64,000 bases of DNA from Callorhinchus milii (GCF_018977255.1 NW_024704743.1:52206001-52270000); one strand, 5' to 3'; counted from the stretch's first letter, positions 48,016-62,880 are shown. Notes: a model not told the origin generated them from the letters alone. Program-made: numbers and translations.

Positions 48016-50349
48016 TGTTCATTTTGGGGAGACTTTAAGAACTTTCCAGTTTCCACATACAATATGAATATCCAAAATTGATCCAATTTAAGGTTCTCCA
48101 CACAAGTACTTCATCACGCACCACCTTTTGTAATTGAATTGTTTTTTCATCATTGAACCATAATCAATGTGCAAACAAGATACATTCTTCCATGCTGTTT
48201 ATGACTGACCACTCCAAAACATCAAATGCCATTCCTAAACTATTTAGTGTAGACAACTTATTGTTACAACTTATTGTAGAATTCCTTTCGGAGAGACTTA
48301 GCCATCAATAGAAGATACAAGAAAAGTATTGACATTAGCCTTCACAACAATGGAAATATGACACCACTTTCCAACTTCATATTCAGGCATGATGACAGTT
48401 TTCAAACAGGCAGCACAATCATTTAACAAAATAGCACAACATCAGATGTTCCCCCCATTTTGTTCCCCATTTTGATCAATATTACCAATGTCAAACAGGA
48501 ACAACTAGGTCAAAAGGTGACAATTGAGGTTCACTAACAGTGACTCAGAGAATCCAATTGGTAACCAGCCTGGGAAACCTGCCAGTATCTAGCAGCACTT
48601 CACTGTTCATTCATGGGATCTCATGATCTACTTCCATCTCTTCAGAGCAGGGATCCCATGATTCAAATCGAACACCGGAAGTATTTATATACCCATAGGG
48701 TAATTAACAACTACAATGGGTTACCAGAAAGGGTATCATAGAATCACACAATTATACAGCACAGAAGGAGGCCATTCGGCCCATCGTGTCTGTTCTGGCT
48801 CTTTTAAAAGAGCTGGCACAGACACATGTAGTTGAGTTTAAGATGATGGATTCATTCAAGGGACAACTTGATGTTGTTATCGGAGAATGAAGGGGTGGAT
48901 ATTGTGAAAGGATAAGATCAAAATAAGCTCATTATTGTGGTGTTTTGTAAGAAAATTGAGAATAATAACAGATAATCAAATATAAGTACCAAACAGGCGG
49001 CTCTGATTACTCATTTTTTTGCATTGAGTCTAACAAAATTTGTTCACAGTGAGATTCACCAATCTTGACTCCAAAGCACTAACAGGCAGAAAAGTCATTT
49101 TCCCATCTGAACCAAACTTGTAACATTCTGCTGTTACCAGCACACTTCTCCATTAGTGACTGAGTCACTATTAGTGAATCATAGTGTGAACCAATTCTTT
49201 TTAGACCGAAATGCAAAAAAATTGGGGCTCAGAGCAACTTGACTTGTTCTTACACCTGATGACCTCCCATATTCTCATTTCCTTGTAAACAATCAACAAC
49301 ACAAGCAACTTGCATTAATATAACTTCCTTTACATGGAGTAGCATCTCGGATAGCATAGTAACGTCTCCACAAACTTTTAATTTTAATACCAACTTATAG
49401 CTGCACCTTATATAATATTATTTTCACAAAACATTAATCAGATGATTGGATATATAAATGTAGAATATACTTTACCAATCCTATTATACTCTATGATTTC
49501 ATGACACATAATGATTCATTATATTTGTTCACAAGCTCAGCAAAGTTAAAAGAGGATTTTTCATGTTGTAAAAGAAGGAAACAACTTTCTGATTTTCATT
49601 GGAACTGTATAACTGCAACAACAATCTCAATAGATGTAAGATGCACAGTCCATATTCCCAAAGTTCTCCACATTACTTATACATACCTTGATGATAACAG
49701 AACATAAATACTGCAATGTAACTTGTTTATAATGCATGCAGAATTTTACTGCACTTATAAAATATAAATTGCATTTCCTAACAGCCCTTTGTGTTGAGGT
49801 CTATTGGGATATTATTGTTTTCAATGAGATAAGGCAAATTGAAGTGGTTTCTGTTGGGATTTGACCATATACAAGAAAATACATTTAATCTGACGTGGTT
49901 ACTTTGATGATGCTTCAAGTAATTGTACATGAAACATTAATAATGTACTATCTATCCTCCATTAAAGTTCTGCCTTCTATTTGACAATACATTTGTTTGT
50001 GATGTATAACATGGGAATCATTCCTAAAAAACCTTGACCTAGACAAGTATTTTAAAAGGCAACTTGGTTCATTGCCCCAGTTGAAAGTTTTCGAAATGTT
50101 TCCGTACACTAAGAACCAGTACATGTCAGGGTTGTCGAACTCAGACTCAACACAGCCTGAAATTGTCATACTATAATCTGACACATGTTTCGATGGTTAA
50201 ACTATATATTTTTTGGTGAGCCTCCATAAACACCCGCATAAACTGTGATAGTTCTCATAGCTGATGTCAATGAATTTTAGGAATATGCCCCAAAATATCA
50301 CAAATTCCAACAAATAATACATTGATGTTGTTTGAAAGACCAATTGTGA

Positions 50350-50757
50350 GAGTTGAAACGGAGGTCAAAAGAGTTTAACAGAAATTACATTTATGAGGGA
50401 TTTTGACAGGAGTACAAAAGGGAGAAATTATTTCCACTGGTGAGTCAGTGACTTGAGGGCATCAATTTGAGATCATTAGCAAAAGAGCAAAAGAGAATTT
50501 TAGGGTGGATTTTTTTTCATAGAAGGTTCTTAGGATATGGCATGCCCTACCACGTCAATGATTGAGACAGGATCCATAATAGCTTTCAAGATGAAACTAG
50601 ATAGATATCTAAAAAGGAGTAATTTGTAGGGGTATGGGGAAAAAGCAGGTAAATTAAACTAAATGGAAGGTTCTTTCAAAGAGTCAGTACAGATATAATG
50701 AGTACAGATATAATATACAGAGGAAGGGCCTTCCTCTGTGCTGTAACATTCTATGTT
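50350..50757 (+). mobile_element. Degenerate CR1 3' fragment
   Basis: Alignable to 51858-52250; ends GGGCCTTCCTCTGTGCTGTAACATTCTATG. Confidence 0.7.
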
Positions 50758-51857
50758 TTTATTGTATAACCACATTATAAGTCACATTTTGGAGTTTCGT
50801 GCATGAATGTATAACTTTGCCTGATGTGTAAGTTTGTGTCTTCTTTCTGCTTTACTTGGTATAGTATGAAACTAAAATAGACATAGAAATTAAAACAGAA
50901 ATCTGAGGTCCAATATTTCTCTTAGTCTTAGCATTAAGACTAGAATATTAAAATGTAAGATTATACAGAAGTTTGGAAAATTCTTACATTCGGTCTCAAT
51001 TTGTTTGTGATTTTCTACAGTTCTTAAAAGGAATCTCAGATTTTCTCATCACATTTTGGTTTGAAACGATGCCAAGTAAACTACAAACCATGTAGGCACA
51101 AATTTGCACATCAGGCACAAACATAACATAACAGGGAGCTCTTCCACTCGGTTTTCTATTGTTAAGACATCACTGTAATTGAGCTAGCTGGTGAGTAGAT
51201 TCATTTGCTGTCGGTTCAGATACATGCTCTATTCTTCTGAGTCTTAAAAACATTCCCTAAAGCAGTTGCGATTATGTGATAAAAGAATTGATTAAGAATT
51301 GTTGACTGCGCTTTTGATCATCATTCCTCTCCCCACCCTCCCTAGCTCCCAACCCCAGCTCGGAAGCCTAGACAAATGTCTAGCATTGTCAAGCACTTTA
51401 ATGTGAAAGGTGTTATATAAATATGAATCGTATTCTATTATTGAAAGCCACTGGGGTATAAACTGGCAACTACACAGTGGATAGATAGGACTGGATACTC
51501 CAGCTCTAACGTGGCATTAAAGCCCTTAGTAAAAATGGGGGAAAAAATCTCAAAGCATCCACAGTATCAGTGGGAACATTGCTAAGAAATTTTCCAACAC
51601 TTTACATAGCCTGGGTCTCTAAGATCCCCACTGCAAAAGTCACTATTGATGCCATGTGCTCAAATGGCATACTGCACCAACTATCCCCACTCTTCTCAGC
51701 TGGGACTTTCCATTCATGAGCTTCCACCCATCACTAATTGGTTCATTTTCTACGCTCCCATTAGCTCCCCTCGTCCATCACTGTATTGTTCCTTGCCCTG
51801 TGCTCCTGCAGTCCTACCTACATTGGTTACTGGGGTGGTAACTTTGTGAAGTTGAGG

Positions 51858-52250
51858 TGACCTTATTTAAGGAAGGATGTACTTGCCTTGGAGGGGGTGC
51901 AGCGTAGATTTACTAGGTTAGTACCAGGGATGAAGGGGATAAGTTACGAGGATAGGCTGACCAGTTTGGGCCTATATTCTCTAGAATATAGAAGAATTAG
52001 AGGGGATCTTATAGAAACCTATAAGATCATCAAAGGGCATGATAGAGTAGATAGTGGGAGATTGTTTCCCCTGGTTGGAGAAACTAAAATCAGGGTCACA
52101 CCCTTAAAATCAGAGGCCAGCCCTTTCGCACTGAGTTGAGGAAGAACTTCTTCACTCAAAAAGTGGTGAATGTATGGAACTCGCTACCCCGAAGGGCTGT
52201 TGACGCTCAGTCCTTGAACATATTCAAGACTGAGATAGATATATTTCTTA
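51858..52250 (+). mobile_element. CR1 LINE ORF2 C-terminal fragment (frameshifted)
   Basis: LEGVQRRFTRLVPGMKGISYEDRLTSLGLYSLEYRRIRGDLIETYKII...FFTQKVVNVWNSLP. Confidence 0.93.
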
Positions 52251-54124
52251 TTGCAAGAGCAGCAAACATGACAGCAAACTATCATGTCTTGTTAAGAGAG
52301 GAAATTTCCAACACAATCAATCAATTGTTTGGGGGACAACAATCATTGCTTTTATTTATTTTCAGTTACCATCCCATGCGATTTATACAACAAATGATCC
52401 TTTAATCTGTACCAGTAGACAATAATGGTCACGGACATTTGTCTGACCAATCTATAACTGGATTTATTACCCAAATTAACTGGACCTGTGTTCCTCCAAG
52501 TGATTCCATTGGCTCAGATCTGCAGGATCCTCTTCCTTGGAGTTATGCAGAACCTTCCCCATGGAAATGGGGAGATGGGAAGAGTGTTAATTTGCCCCCT
52601 GAGACATCCTGCCTGAAGTAGCCTGACTCTACTCTCATAGCAAGATCAGTGCATTGTCATGTTGATGTTCCATTTCAGGCTTTATTAAGAGCATCCCTTT
52701 TAACAGAACAGTTCCATAAAACTGAACTAATTCCTCAAGGACACCCTTCAAACACTCAGTTTGCATAACTGCCAAACCAGTCTGGTGTACCTTTTGTATA
52801 ATACCTCCATGTGCATCTCCACTTTATTTGTGATTTTTTTGATCCTGTACACCAATCCCTTCTTTTTATTGATTCAACAACAACAACAACTTGCACTTAT
52901 ATAGTGTTCCTCATGCAAGGTAGTGCTTGAGGCCTGCTCCACATCCCCTGGCCTATAGTAAGATGGACATTAAGTTTTCAGCCACTGTGCCTCTGGAACT
53001 CTAGCCCTAAATCCTTCCATCTTGTAAAATCCTTCTCTGCTTTCAAAACCCTGCTAAAAACCACCAGTTCTTACATTGGCTGGAATGGAGGAAGTCCACT
53101 AGTTTTCTTGATTTCCTGCAAGATCCTAACCTCAGAAACCCTATAACCTTAATTCACTGTATTGATGACCTCCACTGTGGGTCTGCACTGCGGGGCAGTG
53201 GGTGCTGCAATTCAGTCTTATATAGGTAACTGAATCATTGCATGATTGCCCCAACAAAGACTTCCATTCAATACTGAGCAGACAATATGCTCCCTGCCAA
53301 GGTTGGTACATTTACTGAGACAAAGAATTACCTCCATATTAATAGGATCCTCCTAACCTAGCTGTAACTGTTAATATATTGATCTGGAACAATCTGAGCT
53401 GTGTTACACTGTGCAAATTCATTCCAAACAGATTAACATCTGGTTTCCATTCATTTGTTATATTCATCTATTCCAGTTGTGGTTTGGATTTCAGGGGCTT
53501 GAATTCACCAGCTTTAAGTAATGACTCATGTCCAATGAGAAGGCACCTCTGGTGAAACCGAATATACAGTCACTCACAGGTTCAAAGGGCTTTGTGGGCA
53601 ATCTTGCTTTCCTTTGGGCTAAATAGGCTGATTCAAAGCATGAAAAACATTATTATATGAACGTAAAACATTTCCTTTCAGTGAAAGAGAAATGCCTGAA
53701 CATGGAGAGCATGACAGCAGTGAGGTTTGCTGCTTGTTTGGCAACTTCACAGGCTGCTGATGGTGCAACAGTTTTGGCAAGAAACAGATGTTTTCCCAAA
53801 ACAGCTGAAGAAATCAAAAAAAGACAGAGTGTCGCACTAGCAAGAACTATTGGGATCAAATTTCCAATATTCACAAACACCCTCTGCAATTTGTTGTGTC
53901 AATTTTGTTTTCTGGTTTCCGAATATCAAGATTTGCAAGATTTATGTCAAAATTTGCATCTGGTGAATTGGAATCACAAGTCACTAATGTTTAGCCAAAT
54001 GTGAGCAAGCAAATTGACAGCAGAAAACGACCAGAGTTTTACTTACCAGCCTTCTTTCCACCTTTGTCAGCTTGGGTTTTGTGATTTGCCTAGCACCAAT
54101 TTCTCCCTGAATTTTGCCAAATAA

Positions 54125-54530
54125 AAAAAAATCCTTACACTTGATAAAGCTCCTTTCACATGGGAAGATATCTCAAAGAGCTTTACAGGATATACTATAG
54201 GAGGATTGACTGTGTATTTTGTGGGTGAATGCAACAGCCAATTTGTGCACAGGAATCTTCCACAAAAACCCATGGAGTGATTTATCAATTTTATTTTGGG
54301 GATTGTTGGCCAGGACAATGGGAGAAATTCCCTTCTCTTTTTGAACAGTGCCACAGGATCTTGAACGCGCATCTGAACAGGAGACGAGATCTTGGTTAAG
54401 CGTCATATTCAAAGGACGGCAACTCCCTCCAAGAATGGCACATAATGGTACTGCATTGGAGTGCCATCTTGGACTAAATAAGGTCAAAGTCGCAACATGG
54501 GGCTTGAACCCACATCCTTCTGACCACCTG
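54125..54530 (-). mobile_element. Deu-domain SINE, near full length
   Basis: Reverse complement aligns to the 25068 and 29414 copies. Confidence 0.85.
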
Positions 54531-55536
54531 AGGTAGCCTGACAAGGTGTGATAACTAATTCACAATTAATGCAACAAATCTGACTCTGAGCGATTTACAA
54601 AAAGAAAGATGATCCTGAATGGTGGCAATAGCTTTTTAGCAGCCAACGTTTATTTTTATCAAATTGTATTTGCAAGTTGTTAACCAAATTTGTTAGCAAA
54701 TCACACAATTTCAGACCCAAATGTACAGCAGGGGTTAACGCAGTGAGTTTGCAAATGCTGTATTTTGGACCACATTATTTGCCCGCTGACATCCTGAATG
54801 CTGCATCATCTAAGAGAGAAACCAACTCAATATAAAATCATCAACATATAGTATTACGCTTGTAAGAAACATTAGTATCATGTTCTCTGAACAGTTATGT
54901 GTGCAACCTTTCCTTAAGGCTATGTTCCAGATTACAATGATTTGGAATGCAGCCCAGCAGTATGAATACAATGTACCACCATGTCTCAATGTTATATGAT
55001 ACATCTTTAGTACAATAGCTGGAAATAAAACCTGGGATGAGTTAAAAAAGAACAATTATTAACTGTGCTTCTTTTTTATGCCTATCCCATATTCACAATA
55101 ATATCTTCTCCGTAAGACATAACTATGTGTGTAAATGTTTCCTATCCACTTATAGACGTGCCATGAATACAACAGGATCATCTGATATTCCATGCAGTTG
55201 CTTTCCACTACCAGTGCCAAACGTTAACACGCAGCTAAACTATGAGAATACTTGTGGTTGTTCTGCTTGATCTATTAGTAGCGTTTGGGTCTTCAGGGGC
55301 ACACATTAAAAGTCAGAAAGTTCACTCCCTTGATGCCAAGTAATACAACCTAGAACATCACAGGCCAGATGTCAGGCTGGTAACTAATATTAGCCTGAAT
55401 CATTAGTTGCAGGGCTACAATTGGCCTTGTTTCCCACATAATACAGAGGGGAAAAGGTAGACAGAGGTACTGCTCCTGATCAATATCACGTGATCCCTGC
55501 TGGAAATGAAGAACAGTCAATTGGGAACGTATCGTA

Positions 55537-56248
55537 TGTCAGCAGGCTCAGTGGTAGCACTCGCGCCTGTGAGTCAGAAGTCACCTAGGGAATTTAATTT
55601 ACATAGTCTAAGCTGAGCCTCTAATGCAGCCCTGGGGGAGTGTTGCGTTGTCGGAGATGCCATTCTTTGAGTGAGATGTTAAACCGAGATCCCTTCTGCC
55701 TGTTAAGGTGGACATTAAAGATCCCATGTCACTATTTAATAATAATAATAATCCTTGCATTTGATATAGCGCTTTTCACGACGGGAGGACATCCCAAAGC
55801 GCTTCACAGAACACACTGTAAAGTGAATTGACTGTATATTTGTGGGCGAACGCGGCAGCCAATTGCGCACAGCAATGTCCCACAAACAGTCGTAGATTGA
55901 AAATGACCAATTTATTATTGTTTTTGGTTTTGGAGGGATTATTATTAGGAGTGTGGAGTAAGGAAACTTGCCCAAGGTTTCGCCCTGCCTGGAATTGAAC
56001 CCAGGTCTCTCACTTGCAAAGCGAGTGCTCTAACCACAGGATTGAAAAGAGAAGGAAGTTGCTCCAAATGTTCTGACTAACAATCCCCCAAGTAAAATTG
56101 GTCACTCATCTCATGACTTTTTGTGGGACATTGCTATGTGAATTGTGCTGCCGCATTTGCCTACAAATACAATTATGTCATGTGACAGTAAATCCTGTGA
56201 AGCACTTTGAGGTGTCCTTGCGATATGATATACCATATACCATTATTA
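55537..56248 (+). mobile_element. Deu-domain SINE (host of a nested antisense SINE)
   Basis: Head GTCAGCAGGCTCAGTGGTAGCACTCGCGCCTGTGAGTCAGAAG; core split at 55737/56040. Confidence 0.85.
55738..56037 (-). mobile_element. tRNA(Ala-like) SINE nested antisense in a Deu-SINE
   Basis: Reverse complement of the 62556 copy; interrupts the host motif CACTATT|TGAAAAGAGAAG. Confidence 0.92.
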
Positions 56249-56297
56249 TCTGGGGTCAGTGATAGCCATTTCTGGCTTCCAACGCAGACTGGCTAGC

Positions 56298-57280
56298 TAC
56301 AACAACAACAACAACAAAATTACATTTATATAGCACCTTTCATGTCAGGAGGATGTCCCAAGGCCCTGAACAATCAGTGTTTTGGACCCGAGCTGGGGGT
56401 CGGAATTGGGGAGGGTGGAGGGCAGAAGAGGAAGGAAGGTGATCGAAGGCACAGTCGAATAGGAGGGTCTTGAGACAGGTCTTGAAGGTGGCAAGGGAGG
56501 GGGCGAGGTGGAGGGACTGCGGGATGCAGTTTCAGAGGGTGAGGCAAAGTGGCTGAAGGCATGCCCACTAATCGTGGGGCGGGCGAAGCGGGGGACGTGA
56601 AGCAGGCCGGAGTTTATAGAGAGGAGGGAGTGGGCAGGTTGGTAGGGGATTAGCAGGGCACAGAGGTGGGGGGAGCAAGGTCATGGAGGGCTTTGAAGGT
56701 GAGGACCAGGATCTTGAACTGTATCCTCTGTGTAATGGGAAGCCAGTGGAGTGGGGCGAGGATGGGGGTGATAGGGTCACGAAGCCTGGTGCGGGAGAGG
56801 ACATAGAATGCAGAGTTCTGGATGATCTGCAGCCTATGGAGGGAGGAGCTGGGGAGGCAGACAAGCAGGAAGTTTGCATAGTCAAGCTTGGATGTTATGA
56901 ATATGTGAATGAGGGTTTCAGCAATCTCCAGTGTGAAGCAGTGGTGGAGCCCGGCGATGTTGCAGAGGTGGGGGAAGGCAGAGCTGGACATGGCACGAAT
57001 ATGGGGTAGAAAGGATAGTTGAGGGTCAAACAAGACCCCAAAGTTCTGGACTGACTCCGTAAGGTGGAGTAAGCCACCATGGATGGTGATGCTGTCAGCA
57101 CCTGAGGTGTGGAGGTGCTGACGAGAGCCAATCAGGAGAGCCTCAGTCTTGTTGAAGTTCAACTGAAGAAAGTTAGCTCTCATCCAGGACTTGATGTCTG
57201 ACAGAGATTCTGTCAGGACAGCAGTGATCCTGGAGTCAAGGGAGGAGGCAGAGAGGTAGCGTTGGGTTTCATCTGCATAC
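56298..57280 (-). mobile_element. L2 LINE 3' ~1 kb
   Basis: YADETQRYLS...[23 protein letters not shown]...SKLDYANFLL...LHWLPITQRIQFKIL; (TTG)n tail. Confidence 0.95.
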
Positions 57281-60200
57281 AACAACAACTTCAATGCAGG
57301 GCAGCATCCCAGAGCACCAGAGATACCATGCATCCAAGCTCAGGAAGCCAACCCATGTATAGTGGAAGCCAGAAACGACAACTTGACAACCCAAAAGTGG
57401 AAATGGCAGCTACGTTTTTTTTTAGTCACAGACGCATTACAACACGGTGCGCAGTTTTATGAATCAAAGATATTACATTATAACGGGGTCAACCTGGGGC
57501 ATTGGATAAAAGAGCAAGCAGGTAATGTTAAATTTATACAAGACAAAAAGCTATTGAGGTTGAGTCCATTTAATTAGAGTAAAATAATATTAAAAGGTGT
57601 GGAGAACAAGTAGGGGAATGAGATTTAATGTAGATACCTCAGGAGGGGTGGGGGGGACTAACAGCAGCACATGCACAATGGACTGAGTAGCTTCCTCTGT
57701 GCTGTAAAGTTTCTATGATTGTATGATTCTACCTTACAGTCTCTGGGCCAACACCTGCAGGTATTCTGTACTGTTATGAAGCTTGTTAGTTACGCTGAAG
57801 GTCTATTTTCTCCATTCCTTTATTCAATGTAACCCAAAATTAGCCATATCTTATATAATATAGTATACTAGGGTTGTGATTCAAATGACTTGAGTCTTGA
57901 GTCTTTTCCTGCTAGGCATAATCATGTCACTTATGTTATCTAAACACTGCCGTGAGTGTACAACTCAACCGATAATAAACACTAACACCACACAGAACTT
58001 TTAAATTCAGATGCTGCACTGTTCACTGTAACTACAACACAATTCTGTGCTTATACCGCTGATTAATTTCCCTGTAGACTGGAGGGTAGAGTTGGCTAGA
58101 TCTTTAATGCATGAAACACATTCCCTCAGACTACTAAAACAAGAACTTCTACATAGCTACATCAGTGTTTCCAATGTAAAACCTGACTTTTTAAGATAAA
58201 TTTCACCTCAGGATGCATGCATCACTTTCCATGATAAAGGCAGTGACACAGCTGCAGTTTATTAATGACTTAACCGTGTGCATTAAATGGACAATTAAAC
58301 ATTAACAGGTGCAATTAGCTGATAGGAGTGGCTGTCCTGGACAAATTGAAGGGAATCTGATGGTACTGATAGTTTGCTAACATACCGCCTTATCAAATGA
58401 TCAAATAAATTTGTCCACTCTCTCCTTTCTGAAGGACTTTAATTATCCAGCCAGTGCATATGGCAGGTCATTAATAAAAAAACAGCTATCTGTAACAAGG
58501 TTTGAGAATTTACTGTTATCCACCTTTATCTAAATAAACATTTGAAAAAGTACCTCAAATTATCATGAACACTTCTAGACAGGTACTTCGAAATGAAACT
58601 TTTACCATTTGACTACACAATAGGCAGTATTCTGCAACAGTCCACTTCATTATTTTCATAAAATAAAATGGAACTGTGGCCCCTCGTTTCAGAGAGCGTG
58701 ATGGATCTGACCAACCTGCAAATGCAGATAAGAAGAAAATCACTCAGAGGTTTAGCTTTCTGCAATGTATATTCATCAGGTCCATAGGTTACATATGCAT
58801 CCCTGCTTTGCTACAGTATACATCATCATTGACACAAAATGTGGAAAATCACACAGTCCATCATAATGTAGGGTCATGGTAGCTACCAGCTGTGTGAAGT
58901 AGTAGATCAGACTAGACCAAAACACATATGTTTACCCTGACATTAAAACAGTGTATCTTTGTTAACTGCATAGCCCTTATGTATCAAGCGTAATGGAATA
59001 ATTACCTTAATTTTATGTGCATGAGCTATGATTCATAAAGCGTTTGGGAATCTGGAGCTTAGCCAATAGTCCTTAAATAACCCACTTAAAAAAGAATAAT
59101 GATATATTTTTAAAATCTGCTATTACAAGCTTATTGAGCTCAACAATTAGATTTAGCGAATTTGGCACAAATAAAATACATTATTTATTTTGACATTGGT
59201 TGCATAAAAGCTAATAATGATCTCAATGTTTAAAATGTTTCTGCTTATATTAGGCAAGATTAGTGCTAAAGTTTACAAATTCCACAACGAAACGAACAAA
59301 ATATTGCAAGACCAAATCAACAGGAGATACAGAGACTCAGTCAAAGAGATTATAAGTAAGACAAAATGTGTTCTGAAAGACTGGCAATGATTTTCCTTGT
59401 GCTGTTTGGACCTTTTGTGATTTTTTACTCCATTTCAGTAATCTACATTTTTTTTCATAGATTCTGTCTCATAACATCTACACAGTATATGTTTTTGATT
59501 TTGCTATACAATTTGGATAAGATTCTGCTTCATTAGTAGCCATGCTTCAGTAGTCATCACCTTTTTTTTCTTTTACTAACTCGCTTTTTTATTTTAAATC
59601 AGAGCTTTTGTACCTAATTTTGCAATCGAGACTAATCATTGTTTTCCTATTCCTGTGTAATCCAGTCATTCTTTATTGATTGCACATTGTCCACAGCTAT
59701 CTGAACCGCAACCATTTCCATGCACACTTCCTAGATGGGATAATTAGAAAGGGCACAATGCTTGACTAGAGCTGTACAAAACACAATGAAAAATGTTAGC
59801 TATTTCCACACTTCATAGAACCAGCAGCTGCAAGCATTAAAAAATAACCTATTAAATAAATTTATTGCAATGTGGCTGCTATTGATAGTCTTACTGGGAA
59901 TGATTTTCATTCTAACGTGCTGTTTTAAATTAAAGTGAGTTATTTGGGGAGAATGAGGTCTCAGTATCATAAGATTAACCTGAATGAAATTATGGTGTGA
60001 ATTAACTGCAGTAAAATATACCCGACTATTTAAGGTTAATTAATCAGCAATAATAATCGATTACCAGACAATTCATCACATTATTCTTGTATTGTCTATT
60101 GAAAGTGCATTATTTGCATGCTGTTTTTGAACCATTATAATGAGATTACATCATGTGTAAAACACAGATTTGCATAAGCAAGCTATTTAATACAAAATCG

Positions 60201-61059
60201 AATAAGTGGGGCTTTCTCAATGACACTGAATCCTCAGCGAAAAGCAGTTAAGTCTCACAGTGTAACTTCAATTAAGTTCAAGATATAATTTTTAAAAATT
60301 TTAAAGCAATGAATTAAAAGATAAAAGCACGGTGATATGCAATAAGCATACTACAATCTTAAATCACCAGAGTGGCTAGAGTGCTAGGAAGTTTATGCAC
60401 ATGTACATAAGCATACATAAAAAGCCCATAGAATCTGAACTAATAAATTAGGAACATTACGTTTTCAAAGTCATTTGCTATTACATTGCTAAATGGACAC
60501 ACACTGTAATACAGTTGTATGGGCATCAAGCCCAGTATATAACAGGTGTTACAATTAATTCAAAATTATGATTTTAGCCAATTCAACTTGCTAAGCCTTT
60601 ATCGCTGATATCTTACAATTAAAGCTTCAAATAGTTAAAATCCAATGTGAGGTACAGTATGCTGCAAAGAGTAGAAATAACAGCTGAAAAACACAGATAA
60701 TGTGTCCAGCAATGGCTGATTCGTTTCTTTCGGGCTGTGTTGAAAGAATCTATAGGGCTGTCCGTTGCCGTATTTAAGACTGCTCAGTGTTTCATTGTTC
60801 AACAAAATTCTGGTCTAAATAAGTTGTAGGTAACTGAGAATCAAGATCCAGTGATTGTAATAAATAGCATTATGTATTTGTGTGCAAGAATGCAATAAGA
60901 ATATCACCTCAGCAACATTTCTACTCAAGATATATAATGGCAACGCTATTCTGTACACTCTATGAAAAGACAAAGGTAGAGAGAGCTGCTCATTAAGACC
61001 TTTTTATTGATGCTAACCTGATCCCTCTACTGGATTTTACATTTTACATTCATCCAACA

Positions 61060-61332
61060 GAAGAGACGTTAAACCAGTCTTGTCTATTTGTTTAGATGGA
61101 TGTTAAAGATCCGATGGTACTACTCAAAGAAGTTTCTCCTGATGTCCTGGCCAGGAATCCCACAGATAAAATTGATCATTCACTTCATAATTGTTTGTGG
61201 GATACTGCTGTGCACTAATTCACTCCCACATGCATGTGTAAACGTACAGTCACAGTGTATCCTGTGAAGCACTTTGAGACGACCTGTCAATGTGAAAAAT
61301 GCTGTATCAAATGGAAGGATTATTATTATTAT
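61060..61332 (+). mobile_element. Deu-domain SINE 3' part
   Basis: GAGACGTTAAACC...GTTAAAGATCCGATGGTACTA core and tail. Confidence 0.8.
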
Positions 61333-61892
61333 TTTTACATCTGCTAGACAGTGTTTCCTTAGACCTCACAGCTGTTTAATAACATTCACTAGCTGCAAAC
61401 TGAAAAAAGCTTCGTTTTTCATCCATCCCATTTAATGAATATAAAGGCGATTTAGGTCAAAAAGAGATTAAAAACAAAGCATTTTCCTATTTCACTTTGT
61501 CTTTCCTGCTTCTCCTGCAGGCGAATGTTGAGATTAAATCAGAAGAGAATTTGTAAAGTTCCATCAACAGGATGCAATAACTCGATCCACTGAAAACCAG
61601 GCTGGCAGGAAGAAAGCACAGGGGTGCACAGGTACCGCATTCCATGCCTGATGCTGCTAATATTAGAGCCAGAAGGCTAAAGGTTTCAGTCCAAGTGAAT
61701 TCCAAAGGCAGGTCAGGCTGAGGATTATTAATAATTAAACTAAAGCAATGTGTCTTAAATAGGATAATTTATTTTAATATAAACTATCAATTTAACCAAC
61801 TTGATATGAATCAATGTCATAAAAAAAATCTTAAATGCTTTGATATACTGATTATCTAACCTATTGCATGGCCATTGAGCATTTTATTGCAC

Positions 61893-62380
61893 AATAATAA
61901 TGATAACTTGCATTTCATAAAGCACCTTTCATGTTGGGAGGACAACGCAGTGGAGTGGAGTAACTCCACTCGAAGTGGAGTTACTGTGAATTATGTAGTA
62001 AAACATAACAACCAGTTTACACAGAGGTATGTCCCATAAACAGCCATGAAAGAATTATCATGTCATTGAGACAAGATTTTACTATGAAGTATAATGACTG
62101 CGTATTTTGCAGGCATTCATGGCAGCCTATTTTACACACAACAATGTCCACCAACAGCCATGAAGTGACCAATTTTATTTAGGGGATTCCTAACCTAAAC
62201 ACCAGAAGAAACTCCCCTCCCTTTTTGAATAGAGCTCTTATCTTTAATGTCCACCTGAACAGGCAGACTGGGCCTCAGTTTAACGTCTCATTCGAAAGAC
62301 GGCACCTCCAACAATGCAGTGCACACCCCCATTATTGCATTGTAGTGTCAACCTAAATTCTGAGTTCAAAGTCAGGATAT
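61893..62380 (-). mobile_element. Deu-domain SINE fragments
   Basis: Reverse core TTTAACGTCTCATTCGAAAGACGGCACCTCCAAC. Confidence 0.8.
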
Positions 62381-62555
62381 GTTGTCCCCAATGTTGCTCA
62401 CAGTAAACAAAAGCTTAACAGGTTTGTGCATTCGGAATCAAGGTTTCACATTGCCTGACGACATTTAGTCCTTTATTTTTCCAAAATTACTAATTCCTTT
62501 TAGGTATCTAAGGTTTGCATTGTGATATACAAAGGGTTACTTAACATCAATACTT

Positions 62556-62880
62556 GTGGAGTCCTGTAGCTCAGTGGTTAGAGCACTCGCTTTGCAAGCG
62601 AGAGACCTGAGTTCAATTCCAGGCAGAGGGCGAAACCTTCGGCAAGTTTCCTTACTCCACACGCCTGATAATAATCCCTTCAAAAAAAAACAATAATAAA
62701 TTGGTCATTTTCAATCCATGACTGTTTGTGGGACACTGCTGTGCGCAATTGACTGCCGCGTTCGCCCACAAATATACAGTCAACTCACTTTACAGTGTGT
62801 TCTGTGAAGCGCTTTGGGACGTCCTCCAACGTGAAAAGCGCTATATCAAATGCAAGGATTATTATTATTATTATTATTAT
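62556..62880 (+). mobile_element. tRNA(Ala-like) SINE, full length
   Basis: TACTT duplicated at 62551-62555 and 62881-62885; long (ATT)n tail. Confidence 0.94.

Noticed and set aside
53653..54050. 115-aa ORF and a strong minus-strand donor (CTG|GTAAGT near 54047)
   Set aside because: No recognisable protein similarity or partner exons; cannot be supported without transcript data.
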